A DNA stretch of 64,000 bases from Bacillota bacterium. Its GTDB lineage: Bacteria > Bacillota > DTU025. The notes beneath the pieces are model-generated. The model was not told where the DNA came from and did not search any database. It saw nothing but the letters and a program-made list of their open reading frames with translations. The stretch spans positions 352,001-416,000 of the forward strand of contig JBMNJT010000008.1 in assembly GCA_050951805.1 (NCBI GenBank). Direction: 5' to 3'. The position numbers and the translations under genes are program-made. This document shows positions 50,445 through 59,960 of this stretch, one piece after another; the stretch's first letter is position 1, and the number at the start of each line of letters is the position of its first letter.

Positions 50445-50987
50445 ATGAGGGAGCTTTCAATGCACATACTCGATATAGCGCAAAACTCGATAGCTGCCGG
50501 CGCAGAGCTTGTTGAGATCGATGTTATCGAGGATGTGGCCAACGACAAGATGATTATCAGGGTTGCCGATGATGGCCGGGGAATGCCTGCCGACGTCGTG
50601 GCGCAGATCCGCGATCCATTCGTTACATCGAGGACTACCCGCCGAGTCGGACTGGGGATTCCGCTATTGGCTGCAGCTGCTGAAAGATGCGGTGGCGGAG
50701 TGGACATAGCGAGCGTGCCTGGCGGTGGCACGACTGTAACAGCTATTTTTGAGTATTCTCACGTCGACCGGGCGCCCTTGGGCAACATGGCAGAAACCCT
50801 TCTTGCATTGGTAGTATGCAACCCAAACCTGGATTTCGTGTATAATCATGTTCGAGGAGATAATTCATTTCATTTTGATACCCGAGAGATTCGATTGGAG
50901 TTGGGCAGCATCCCTCTGTCGGACCCGGAGGTCGTAGCGTTTATTCGTGATTTCGTAGCAGAGGGCGAAAGGAGGCTGGATGCATGA
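50445..50987 (+). CDS. Stand-alone HATPase_c (histidine-kinase-like) protein
   Basis: HILDIAQNS, DDGRGM, DPF.TSRTTRRVGLG, SHVDR.PLG. Confidence 0.87.
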   Translation: MRELSMHILDIAQNSIAAGAELVEIDVIEDVANDKMIIRVADDGRGMPADVVAQIRDPFVTSRTTRRVGLGIPLLAAAAERCGGGVDIASVPGGGTTVTAIFEYSHVDRAPLGNMAETLLALVVCNPNLDFVYNHVRGDNSFHFDTREIRLELGSIPLSDPEVVAFIRDFVAEGERRLDA

Positions 50988-51472
50988 GGCAGTTTGGCAT
51001 TGTGAAGCGGGTTTGCGGAGAATCCGTGGAAGTCCTGGTCAGCCGTCCGGCAGCCTGTAAGGGCTGCGGAGCTTGCCAGATGGCGAATAATCGTCCCCAT
51101 ACCGTGATTGCGAGAAACGATGCCTCGGCGGAAGTAGGCGACACAGTGGCATTGGAACTTCCCGGACAAGATCTCATGCGCGCAGTCCTTCTCGCCTATG
51201 GAGTGCCATTGGTCATGTTCCTTGCCGGGCTGGGAGTGGGTGCGCTTGCAGCCCGGAGCTTCGGATGGACGATAGACTCGTCTCTTGCTTCCGCTATAGG
51301 GGGAATTCTCTTTCTAGCTGCCGGCTACTACGGAATTCACCTCTACGATCGTTCTCTTGGAACGGAAGCTTTTGCATCTGTTGCCGTGGCTGTGGTGGAT
51401 TCGAACAACCCTGAGTGTGCGTCGATTCATTCAGGGGCTGGGCGGGTTGAGGATACGGAGGAGACCGAATGA
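50984..51472 (+). CDS. RseC/MucC-family membrane FeS protein
   Basis: AC.GCGAC, VGD.V, AYGVPL, two TMs. Confidence 0.82.
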   Translation: MRQFGIVKRVCGESVEVLVSRPAACKGCGACQMANNRPHTVIARNDASAEVGDTVALELPGQDLMRAVLLAYGVPLVMFLAGLGVGALAARSFGWTIDSSLASAIGGILFLAAGYYGIHLYDRSLGTEAFASVAVAVVDSNNPECASIHSGAGRVEDTEETE

Positions 51473-52134
51473 AGCAGGAGAAGATACCAGATGTAGTTGT
51501 AAGGAGGCTTCCACTGTACCTACGCGCAGTGGAAGACTTTGATCGCAGGGAACATGCAATCGTCTCATCTAGTCAGCTAGGGGAGTGGACAGGGTTGACT
51601 CCGGCGCAGGTTAGAAAGGACCTTGCGTTTTTCGGAGAATTTGGCAAGCAAGGCATTGGTTACAATGTAAAGTTCTTGCATGAACAACTAAGGGAGATAC
51701 TTGGCCTTACCACAGATGTTCGCGTGGGCCTGGTTGGCCTGGGAAATCTGGGCCGCGCCTTGCTCCATCATAATGTAGATGCTCGCATCGACGGCTCAGC
51801 CGTAGAAGGCGACCCTGCCCGTTGGGTCCCTGAAAGCCTGCGTATTGTCGCCGCTTTCGATGTGGACCCACAAAAAGTGGGTATTACCTATGCCCAGGTC
51901 CCAGTCTACCACGTAGATGAGCTTGCTGCGAAAGTCCGCGAGCTCGACCTGAAGATTGTAGTTATTGCAGTTACGCCTGAGAGCGCGGGAGCTGTTGCTA
52001 GCGAATGCGTGAAAGCGGGGGTCAAGGCTATCCTGAATTTTGCCCCTGTAAAGCTTGATGTGCCTGAAGATGTAAAGGTCCATTCGGCGGACCTCACGTT
52101 GGAGCTACAGAGCCTTGCGTTTTATACTCGCTGA
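51469..52134 (+). CDS. rex: Redox-sensing repressor Rex
   Basis: RRLPLYLR, QVRKDL..FG.FG..G.GY, G.GNLG.AL, ILNFAP. Confidence 0.96.
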   Translation: MKQEKIPDVVVRRLPLYLRAVEDFDRREHAIVSSSQLGEWTGLTPAQVRKDLAFFGEFGKQGIGYNVKFLHEQLREILGLTTDVRVGLVGLGNLGRALLHHNVDARIDGSAVEGDPARWVPESLRIVAAFDVDPQKVGITYAQVPVYHVDELAAKVRELDLKIVVIAVTPESAGAVASECVKAGVKAILNFAPVKLDVPEDVKVHSADLTLELQSLAFYTR

Positions 52135-52184
52135 GCATGTGCGAGGAATGTCGCAAGGCCAGCGACGCTATAGAACTCGATCAT

Positions 52185-52216
52185 GTTGCCCCTCGCGTGG
52201 GCGCGGGGGACGAAAT
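52185..52216 (+). repeat. Degenerate type I-C-like CRISPR repeat unit downstream of rex
   Basis: 32 nt GTTGCCCCTCGCGTGGGCGCGGGGGACGAAAT; 25/32 identical to the pattern GTCGCGCCCCGCGTGGGCGCGTGGATTGAAAT. Confidence 0.5.
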
Positions 52217-52683
52217 AAGCAGTTGGCTGTCAAACCATGTGAAAGCCGGGCGGCCGCCCGGCTTTCTGCATGGTCGGCGACAGCTGCAACCACGGGACGG
52301 GAAGCTTGAGTGCCACGAATAGGTGTTAGACTGCGCTGAGGGCCCATGTATGTGCAACAATCGGTGCTCTTGCATTAAGGTTGTCACTTTACACCATACA
52401 CACGAAAGGGTAGGCAATGCGGGGATAGCCTTCTTCGTATTCCATGCCGATCATGCGATGAGGATAACGCCATCATATCGGCGGGATCAGCCAAGGCCTT
52501 GCACTTGTTGATCGAATATGTTCTACAGGAAATGACGTCATGGCAGGATGCGACTGAGCGACGCCTATCGACGGAGTAGTCGCTCTCCAAGGGCGAAGGG
52601 CGGTCGAAATGCGCATTTCCCCTAAGCCCAGGGTCTTTGTGCGCTCAATTTCATCCCAGTCTATCTATGGTGGTGGTTTTAAC

Positions 52684-54027
52684 ATGGAGTTGAACCAAGA
52701 GCTGATGATCGGATCAGTCTATGCCAGAGATGCCATACACTCCCTATATGGTGGTCAACGAGGCTTGAGGATCAGCACCCCAAAGGCAGCACCGGTCGTT
52801 CTTTTGTTTGCAAGAAAAAGTTGCGACTTTAAGGTGCGGCACGGCGTCGACTGCGGCTCTCCTGAAGGAGAACACAGCTACGCCCTGCCAGAAGATGAAT
52901 TGCCGAACGCACATACTGCCTCAGCTGAGCTGGCGCCATACGTTTCAGATCCGGAGGAAGGATGGCGTGATGATGGCTTCTACCATTTTCGAGGAGAGAA
53001 GCACGTTCAGTTCCTTCGCGGTAATCGCGCAGTGCGTGACCATGCTCGTGACGGAAAGCTGCTCTTTCTTTTTGAAGAGACTACCCGCCCGGAGGGGAGA
53101 CAGGCGTGGAGATTCATCGGTCCGATGGAATGTGCAGGCTATTACTTCGCGCAGGCGTCCGCCGGGAGGATGGCGATCATGTTCCGGCTTGCTCCTGTAT
53201 GCGCGATCCATTGCCTTCGGAAGAATTCTCAGGAAGTGGTGCTGCATTCTGTGTTGGCAGAGCGCTACGCGTTGGATTTCCTCAATAGCCGCCATGGCGC
53301 TATTGCTGCGAGCGCTGAGAGCACTCGTCCCGGACATCACAGCAATGCCTGGAAATGGTCGTCAGACTGCGCCCTGATTCAGCGGTATGCGCTTGATCGC
53401 GCTTTCGGCTTCTGTGAGAGTTGCGGTAAGCCGTCGCCGTTTTCGGACCCTGATGGTGAACCATATCTCGAGCCCCATTACATGCTTCGACCGTATGATT
53501 CCGGGGTGGATCCGGTGCATGGCATCGCTGCATGCTGCCCCGAATGTCACCGGATGATCCATGATGCCTGGAATGGGCGGAGTTATGATGTGGCCCTGGC
53601 CCGCAAGATAGCACTGCTTGAACGCTCAGTTGACAGAGGCGACTTCCTGGCGGTTACAGCTGCGGTAATTAGGAACGCAGAAGGGAAGGTATTGCTTACT
53701 CAGCGAGGGCATGGCGCACTTGCCGGCAAATGGGAGTTTCCTGGCGGAAAGATTGAGCCAGGGGAGACCTTGGAGGCTTGTTTGGCCAGGGAAATCAGGG
53801 AGGAATTGGACCTGGACATTGCAGATATTCGACCCCTTGTGTCCTCGTTCTATCAGTATGATGACTCTGCCGTGCGCCTTTTCGGGCTGTCTGCCAACGC
53901 AGTCGGAAACCAGCTTGAGCTGCGGGAACATATCAGCAAAGCGTGGGTATGGCCCCGTGAATTGGAATCGTATGACCTTGCCTCGGCAGATTTGCCCATA
54001 GCGGCTGTTGCGGCCAGGTTATTGTGA
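52684..54027 (+). CDS. SRA-like + McrA-type HNH + MutT/Nudix fusion protein
   Basis: N-terminus YGGQRG.RISTP..GW.DDG.Y.F.GE..RGN.AVRDH..DGK.L.LFE; middle CESC..PF...GEPYLEPH...CPECHRMIH; C-terminal Nudix box GGKIEPGETLEACLAREIREELDL. Confidence 0.8.
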   Translation: MELNQELMIGSVYARDAIHSLYGGQRGLRISTPKAAPVVLLFARKSCDFKVRHGVDCGSPEGEHSYALPEDELPNAHTASAELAPYVSDPEEGWRDDGFYHFRGEKHVQFLRGNRAVRDHARDGKLLFLFEETTRPEGRQAWRFIGPMECAGYYFAQASAGRMAIMFRLAPVCAIHCLRKNSQEVVLHSVLAERYALDFLNSRHGAIAASAESTRPGHHSNAWKWSSDCALIQRYALDRAFGFCESCGKPSPFSDPDGEPYLEPHYMLRPYDSGVDPVHGIAACCPECHRMIHDAWNGRSYDVALARKIALLERSVDRGDFLAVTAAVIRNAEGKVLLTQRGHGALAGKWEFPGGKIEPGETLEACLAREIREELDLDIADIRPLVSSFYQYDDSAVRLFGLSANAVGNQLELREHISKAWVWPRELESYDLASADLPIAAVAARLL

Positions 54028-54250
54028 CCGTCAAGTCCCGGTGCCCATTGCGCTGTAGAGATGTGCAAGCGTGCCATGCTTTTGAGCGGGCGTTCGAATC
54101 GCTCGAGGCGCACTTGCGAACTTCAGTTGGTTGACCCTGCATGCAGCCAAGGATATTATTAATGCTGGAGCAGAGTAGGAATTGCCGCGCTTGCGATGTG
54201 GGACTATGATGGCAGCACAGTCAGGGTTGTTGTTATGTGGGGGTGAACGG

Positions 54251-55102
54251 ATGTTCAAAATTGTTGAAAAGTGCACTCTCGCGCCGGGCGTGCACCAGTA
54301 TGAAGTTGAGGCGCCGCTAGTTGCTAAAAGCGCGCGCCCCGGCAATTTCGTCGTGGTCAGAACGAGCGAAACAGGGGAAAGGATTCCCCTGACAATTGCA
54401 GGCCACAATCGAGAGACAGGCACGATCACGCTCGTCGTGCAGGAAGTGGGAAAGAGCACCATGGAAATGGGTATGCTCGAGGTGGGCGACTATTTCAAGG
54501 ATGTAGCAGGCCCTCTTGGCCAGGCAACCCGCATCGAGAAGGTGGGAACTGTGGTGGCTGTGGCCGGAGGGATAGGGGTTGCACCGGTCCTTCCACAGAT
54601 CAGAGCGCATAAGGCCATAGGCAATCATGTCATATCCATTGTAGGCGCGCGCACTCGTGATCTGCTCGTTCTCAGAGATGAAGTAGAAAAGTTCAGTGAC
54701 GAAGTGATTTGGGCCACTGATGATGGGAGCCTTGGATACCATGGGTTTGTCAGTGGAGCGCTCGAAGAGTTGATCGGTTCGGGGCAGAAGATCGATGAAG
54801 TAATCGCAATCGGGCCTGTCAGGATGATGCAGGCTGTAGCAGATGTAACTAGGAAACACAACATACCCACAACTGTCAGCCTCAATGCGATCATGGTTGA
54901 TGGAACCGGGATGTGTGGATGCTGTAGAGTCACAGTAGATGGTGAAGTCAAGTTTTCGTGTGTTGATGGACCGGAGTTCGACGGACACAAAGTGGACTTC
55001 GACGAACTCGTATCGAGGCAGGGTTTCTTCCGCGACAAGGAGCAAATTGCAAGAGAGCGCTTCGAGGCAGATAGGGGTGGGTGCAAGTGTCACGCAAAAT
55101 AG
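54251..55102 (+). CDS. nfnA: NfnA (SudB-like) transhydrogenase small subunit
   Basis: GERIPLTIA, GPLG, GGIG, MVDGTGMCGCCR, CVDGPEF. Confidence 0.9.
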   Translation: MFKIVEKCTLAPGVHQYEVEAPLVAKSARPGNFVVVRTSETGERIPLTIAGHNRETGTITLVVQEVGKSTMEMGMLEVGDYFKDVAGPLGQATRIEKVGTVVAVAGGIGVAPVLPQIRAHKAIGNHVISIVGARTRDLLVLRDEVEKFSDEVIWATDDGSLGYHGFVSGALEELIGSGQKIDEVIAIGPVRMMQAVADVTRKHNIPTTVSLNAIMVDGTGMCGCCRVTVDGEVKFSCVDGPEFDGHKVDFDELVSRQGFFRDKEQIARERFEADRGGCKCHAK

Positions 55103-56574
55103 TCGACAGAACTGAGATGCCGAAGCAGTCGCCGGAGGCAAGGCGGACGAATTTCAGCGAAGTGGCGCTCGGACTCGACCCGGAATTGGCAAGGCGTGAA
55201 GCTGAACGATGCATCCAGTGCAAGACTAGGCCATGCACGACAGGGTGCCCTGTTGAAGTTGACATTCCAGAGTTCGTCGCGCTTATTGCCGAAGGTAAGT
55301 ATGACGAGGCTGCTGCGAAGATAAAGGAGAAGAACAGCCTGCCCGCGATATGCGGGAGGGTATGCCCCCAGGAGAGTCAATGCGAGAGCCTGTGCACGCT
55401 GGGGCGCAAGTATGAACCTGTGGCCATCGGAGCGCTGGAACGTTTTGCTGCAGATTGGGCCAGCAAGCGAGCGGTTGAGAAGCGCGAAGCCTGTGTAGGC
55501 GATGTTGACTCCGATTTGCAGTGCGGGTGTGAACAGAAAGTATGCGAGCTGGACTCCCGCGGATGCGCCCCTACAAGCGATTCTGCGGCTTCAGCGGCGC
55601 GTGTGGCGGTGATAGGTACAGGCCCTGCAGGGCTGACCTGTGCTGCAGACCTTGCCCTCAAGGGATACAAGGTAGATATGTTTGAGTCTTTGCACGACAC
55701 CGGAGGTGTGTTGCGATACGGCATTCCAGAGTTCAGGCTTCCAAAGTCCATCGTCGACGAGGAAGTTGAATACGTACGCAGCCTGGGCGTACGAATCTTC
55801 ACCAACGTAGTTGTAGGGCTGACTTTGGATTTGCGCGAAATGCTGGAGTCTGGCCAATACCAGGCTGCGTTCATTGCTACTGGTGCAGGCCTCCCGTATT
55901 TCCTCGGCATCCCCGGAGAGAACCTGAACGGGGTTTATTCCGCTAACGAGTTCCTCACCAGGGTCAACCTGATGAAAGCCTACATGTTTCCCCAATACGA
56001 TACTCCTGTCAATATTGGATCGAAGGTTGCCGTGGTGGGCGCAGGCAATGTTGCCATGGATTCGGCCCGCACTTCTCTTCGTCTTGGTGCCGAGGAAGTC
56101 AAGATAGTCTATCGCCGCTCTCGGGCTGAGATGCCGGCAAGGCTTGAGGAGATCGAGAACGCCGAAGAGGAAGGCGTGGAGATGATGCTCCTTGCCAATC
56201 CTGTGCGCATCATATCAGACGGCTGCGGTAAAGTTTCAGGGATGGAGTGTATCCGTATGGAACTGGGTGAGCCGGACGCAAGCGGCAGGAGGCGCCCGGT
56301 GCCGGTAGAGGGGTCGGAATTCATTCTCGATGTGGATACGGTTATTGTGGCCGTGGGTCAGGGGCCCAATCCTCTCTTGACTGAACGCACCAAGGGTTTG
56401 GAACTTAATCGAAAAGGGAACATTGAGGTGCGTGATGAATGCGGAGCAACAAGCATCTCCGGCGTGTGGGCAGGTGGTGACATAGTCACAGGCGCTGCAA
56501 CGGTCATATCCGCTATGGGAGCGGGAAAGCGCGCCGCTAGAGGAATCGATGAATGGATCCGGTCTAAGTTTTAA
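55081..56574 (+). CDS. nfnB: NfnB (GltD/SudA-like) transhydrogenase large subunit
   Basis: RCIQC..C..GCPV, CGRVCPQE.QC, G.GPAGL, YGIPEFRLP, GAGNVAMD, GGD.V.GAATV. Confidence 0.9.
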   Translation: MQVSRKIVDRTEMPKQSPEARRTNFSEVALGLDPELARREAERCIQCKTRPCTTGCPVEVDIPEFVALIAEGKYDEAAAKIKEKNSLPAICGRVCPQESQCESLCTLGRKYEPVAIGALERFAADWASKRAVEKREACVGDVDSDLQCGCEQKVCELDSRGCAPTSDSAASAARVAVIGTGPAGLTCAADLALKGYKVDMFESLHDTGGVLRYGIPEFRLPKSIVDEEVEYVRSLGVRIFTNVVVGLTLDLREMLESGQYQAAFIATGAGLPYFLGIPGENLNGVYSANEFLTRVNLMKAYMFPQYDTPVNIGSKVAVVGAGNVAMDSARTSLRLGAEEVKIVYRRSRAEMPARLEEIENAEEEGVEMMLLANPVRIISDGCGKVSGMECIRMELGEPDASGRRRPVPVEGSEFILDVDTVIVAVGQGPNPLLTERTKGLELNRKGNIEVRDECGATSISGVWAGGDIVTGAATVISAMGAGKRAARGIDEWIRSKF

Positions 56575-56595
56575 TGGTGGAGGTGTAGCTTAGAA

Positions 56596-58266
56596 GTGTT
56601 GAGCGATATCGAGATAGCGCAGTCCACTAAGCTCAGGCCCATAATTGACGTTGCGAAAGAGGTGGGTCTGACAGAGGACGAGATCGAGTATTATGGTAAA
56701 TATAAGGCCAAGGTTTCCCTTGACGTGTTCGATCGGCTGAAGGACCGTCCGAATGGCAAACTTATTTACACTACAGCGATAACAGCGACGCCGGCAGGCG
56801 AGGGCAAGACATGCATGGCTGTGGGCTTGACCCAGGCCTTGGGGAAGTTGAACAAGAAGGTAATGGTTTGCTTGCGTGAGCCTTCGCTGGGTCCGACCTT
56901 CGGGATCAAGGGAGGAGCTGCCGGTGGCGGCTATTCACAGGTACTCCCAATGGAGGATATCAACCTGCATTTTACAGGAGACATCCACGCAGTAAGCACT
57001 GCCCATAACCTGCTTGCCGCCATGCTGGACAACCACATTCACCAGGGAAATGATCTGAATATCGATATCCACAGGGTTGCTTGGCGTCGTGTGATGGACA
57101 TGAACGAGAGGCAGCTGCGGAATATCGTTTGTGGCTTGGGTGGCAAGGCCAATGGGACTCCACGGGAGTCTGGGTTCGATATCTCTGTTGCTTCTGAGAT
57201 AATGGCTGTGCTTTGTCTGGCCTCTGATATGGAGGACCTCAAGGCTCGGCTCGGCCGGCTCGTCGTGGCCTACACAAGGGATGGACAGCCGGTGACCGCC
57301 GCAGATCTCAAGGCAGTGGGGGCAATGGCTGTCCTGCTCAAGGATGCAATCAAGCCGAACTTGGTTCAGACAGTCGAAGGCCAACCAGCATTCGTCCACG
57401 GCGGTCCTTTTGCGAACATCGCCCATGGCAACAACTCGGTAATTGCCACGCGCATGGCGCTCAAACTTTGTGATTACGTGGTCACCGAAGGTGGATTCGC
57501 TGCAGATCTTGGCGCTGAGAAGTTCTTCGATATAGTGCACAGATTTACAGGGCTCACACCGGATGTGGCGGTTCTTGTAGCCTCTGTTCGCGCCCTTAAC
57601 ATGCATGGCGGCGTTCCAAAGTCGAAAGTCGCAGAGACGAATCTTGATGCTCTCGAGAAGGGTTGTACCAACCTTGACAAGCACATTGAGAACCTGAAAA
57701 AATTCGGGCTTCCCACAGTCGTGGCGATAAACAGATTCCCTACAGATACCCCAGAGGAGCTAGAGCTCGTGAAGAAGCATTGCGATGCCTTGGGTGTTCG
57801 CAGCGCGATATCGGATGTTGTGGCGAGGGGCGGGGACGGCGGAATCGAGTTGGCCAAAGAGGTTCTTGAAGCTGTCGAGAATGACCAGAACAATTTCAAG
57901 CCCATCTATGATCCAAACATGCCTATTCGTGACAAGATCGAGATACTGGCGACGGAGATATATGGCGCTGATGGGGTCGTGTACACTCCATCAGCGGAAA
58001 AGGAGATCAACCGCCTAACCAGATTGGGGTTCGATAAAATGCCCATCTGCGTTGCTAAAACGCAGCATTCGCTCACCGATGATCCGAACCTCAAGGGAGC
58101 CCCTGTTGGATGGAAGCTAACCGTTAGGGACGTGCGGGTTTCTGCGGGCGCAGGCTTCTTGGTGATCCTTACCGGCGACATCATGACGATGCCCGGGTTG
58201 CCCAAGGCGCCGGCTGCGGAGAACGTAGACATAGACGAGAATGGAACAATAGTAGGTCTCTTTTAG
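56596..58266 (+). CDS. fhs: Formate-tetrahydrofolate ligase
   Basis: [38 protein letters not shown]. Confidence 0.98.
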   Translation: MLSDIEIAQSTKLRPIIDVAKEVGLTEDEIEYYGKYKAKVSLDVFDRLKDRPNGKLIYTTAITATPAGEGKTCMAVGLTQALGKLNKKVMVCLREPSLGPTFGIKGGAAGGGYSQVLPMEDINLHFTGDIHAVSTAHNLLAAMLDNHIHQGNDLNIDIHRVAWRRVMDMNERQLRNIVCGLGGKANGTPRESGFDISVASEIMAVLCLASDMEDLKARLGRLVVAYTRDGQPVTAADLKAVGAMAVLLKDAIKPNLVQTVEGQPAFVHGGPFANIAHGNNSVIATRMALKLCDYVVTEGGFAADLGAEKFFDIVHRFTGLTPDVAVLVASVRALNMHGGVPKSKVAETNLDALEKGCTNLDKHIENLKKFGLPTVVAINRFPTDTPEELELVKKHCDALGVRSAISDVVARGGDGGIELAKEVLEAVENDQNNFKPIYDPNMPIRDKIEILATEIYGADGVVYTPSAEKEINRLTRLGFDKMPICVAKTQHSLTDDPNLKGAPVGWKLTVRDVRVSAGAGFLVILTGDIMTMPGLPKAPAAENVDIDENGTIVGLF

Positions 58267-58312
58267 ACGCCCCGTGGCTGTGCATTCGTGCCAGCCTACA
58301 TAAACTGGAGCA

Positions 58313-58364
58313 GCATGGGAAGGCGCGCTCTCAGGCAGATTCCTGGGAGCGCGCCTTCCCATGC
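58313..58364. repeat. 23-bp inverted repeat after fhs
   Basis: GCATGGGAAGGCGCGCTCTCAGG-N6-CCTGGGAGCGCGCCTTCCCATGC (one G:T pair). Confidence 0.7.
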
Positions 58365-58869
58365 CCGATTGCGGGAGATTGCCATGTTCAAGATGTATTA
58401 TTACCGTGTGCTCAGTCAAACGAGGTACGGGACTGCTTTGGGGTGAAGACGAGGCTGATGTTGTGAGCTGTCGGTATGTATCCAGATTACCTTGTTGCTT
58501 GCCACGAAAACGACTCACCAGTAGGCTATCCTGGTTACGGTGCCGCTTTCAGGAGGCAATCGGGCAGGTGTGGGATAGAACATTTGGTCGTCTCAGACGA
58601 CGTAGCTTTACACGTTAAAGACGGGCACTCCTCATATGGGGAATGAGCATTAGATGCAGATAGTCTAGTGCCGGCGGCATCTTCGACCAGCTTATCGTCC
58701 CCTATGATCGTGTTCAGCTGGGTATTGCCCAGGCTTTTTGCCATGTGCGTGACGCGCAACTGACGCCAATTTCGTCGTGGAGCGACACAAAAAGCCTTAT
58801 TCTCATACTATATATCAGTCTGCGGGCATAGCCCGCGGATGGAAAACTTTCACGGGAGGAGCGATTGCG

Positions 58870-58977
58870 GTGGAAAGCGCAGTATTCGCCGGCGGTTTCA
58901 GGGGTTTCTTCGCCTGGAACCTAGCATTGATTCTTCTAGGCATAATAGTGATCGCAGTGTTCTGGTTCCCTTGGTAA
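58870..58977 (+). CDS. 35-aa membrane peptide (YjcZ/SscA-like candidate)
   Basis: RBS GGGAGGA, GTG start; MESAVFAGGFRGFFAWNLALILLGIIVIAVFWFPW. Confidence 0.6.
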   Translation: MESAVFAGGFRGFFAWNLALILLGIIVIAVFWFPW

Positions 58978-59010
58978 TTCAAGGCATGGCCTAAAAAGGA
59001 GGACACGCAC

Positions 59011-59145
59011 ATGACAGTTGGCGATGTTATAAAGGCTGCTCCAGACCCAGGGCCTTTTGGATGTGGGTTTGGATCATGGGGCATGCTCCTAATCCTGCTT
59101 GCCATAATCGTATTGGCAGCCTTCCTGCCAAGATTCTGCTGGTAG
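59011..59145 (+). CDS. 44-aa membrane peptide (YjcZ/SscA-like candidate), absent from the ORF track
   Basis: RBS AAGGAGG; MTVGDVIKAAPDPGPFGCGFGSWGMLLILLAIIVLAAFLPRFCW. Confidence 0.65.
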   Translation: MTVGDVIKAAPDPGPFGCGFGSWGMLLILLAIIVLAAFLPRFCW

Positions 59146-59469
59146 AACGAGGCAGTCTCTGCAGTCAACCGTGCCGATTTTGGCACGGTTGACCCCCTGC
59201 TTTCCTGCAAAGGCCACATTTCCTCCCGGATAAAGATCCTGCAGATTAGTGCCCAGGCCATCGTTCGTCACAAGGACTTTTGTGTTGCCCACACAATTAA
59301 GCCGGTCATAGCTGGGTAAACCCTAATTGGTGATGGGCGGTGTGTTATGGATGCAAGTTGACGCATCGGACGCATCTTTGGATCATGGATGCGAAGCATT
59401 GTTCTGCAATGATTCATACTGTATACTCATGGTGTGGTCACTCAACATTTGAAGGGGAGTGCTGGCAAT

Positions 59470-59832
59470 ATGAAGTCGCTTGATGACCTCAAGAAGATCA
59501 AGGAACGCGCTCAGGCAATGACGGAGTTGCGTGAGGGCAACGAGGAGGTAAGGATCGTTATTGGCATGGGCACCTGCGGTATCGCGGCCGGCGCGCGCGA
59601 TACGCTCGCAGCAGTCGTAGATGAGATCAACACGCGCAACCTTCGGCATGTGGCAGTGACGCAGACGGGTTGCATCGGGATGTGTGAATACGAGCCGATC
59701 GTGGATGTAATCAGGCAAGGTGAGCCAAAGGTGACATACGGGCGTGTTACGCCGGAGAAGGCTCGCCAGATTATCGCTAGTCATGTAGTGAATGGGCAGG
59801 TCGTAGGCGACCTCGTGATATCCTCCAAATAG
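59470..59832 (+). CDS. Thioredoxin-like (2Fe-2S) ferredoxin, hydrogenase HydD/HndB-like subunit
   Basis: GMGTCGIAAGAR, TGCIGMC..EP. Confidence 0.88.
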   Translation: MKSLDDLKKIKERAQAMTELREGNEEVRIVIGMGTCGIAAGARDTLAAVVDEINTRNLRHVAVTQTGCIGMCEYEPIVDVIRQGEPKVTYGRVTPEKARQIIASHVVNGQVVGDLVISSK

Positions 59833-59894
59833 GCAAGGGCTTTAGCGATGGGTGCCGATAGGGAGAGCCTCACGAGGTATTTAGTTGCGGAACT

Positions 59895-59912
59895 TTGTGA
59901 AAAACAGCACAA
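59895..59912. promoter_or_regulatory. Rex operator
   Basis: TTGTGAA-AAAC-AGCACAA versus consensus TTGTGAA-N4-TTCACAA, upstream of hydC. Confidence 0.7.
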
Positions 59913-59960
59913 TCTTGAAACGCCCGATGTTAGTAAGGACAGAAGGGGAGGGGTCCGGGC

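Noticed and set aside
52185-52610. A decayed six-unit I-C array between 52185 and a GTCGC...GAAAT 32-mer at 52579-52610
   Set aside because: The spacing (394 nt, about 6x66) is suggestive, but no repeat is recognisable at intermediate positions and the 52579 unit lacks the proper stem and tail.
54251-56574. Glutamate synthase or sulfide dehydrogenase annotation
   Set aside because: No gltB nearby; the small-plus-large subunit pair fits NfnAB better.
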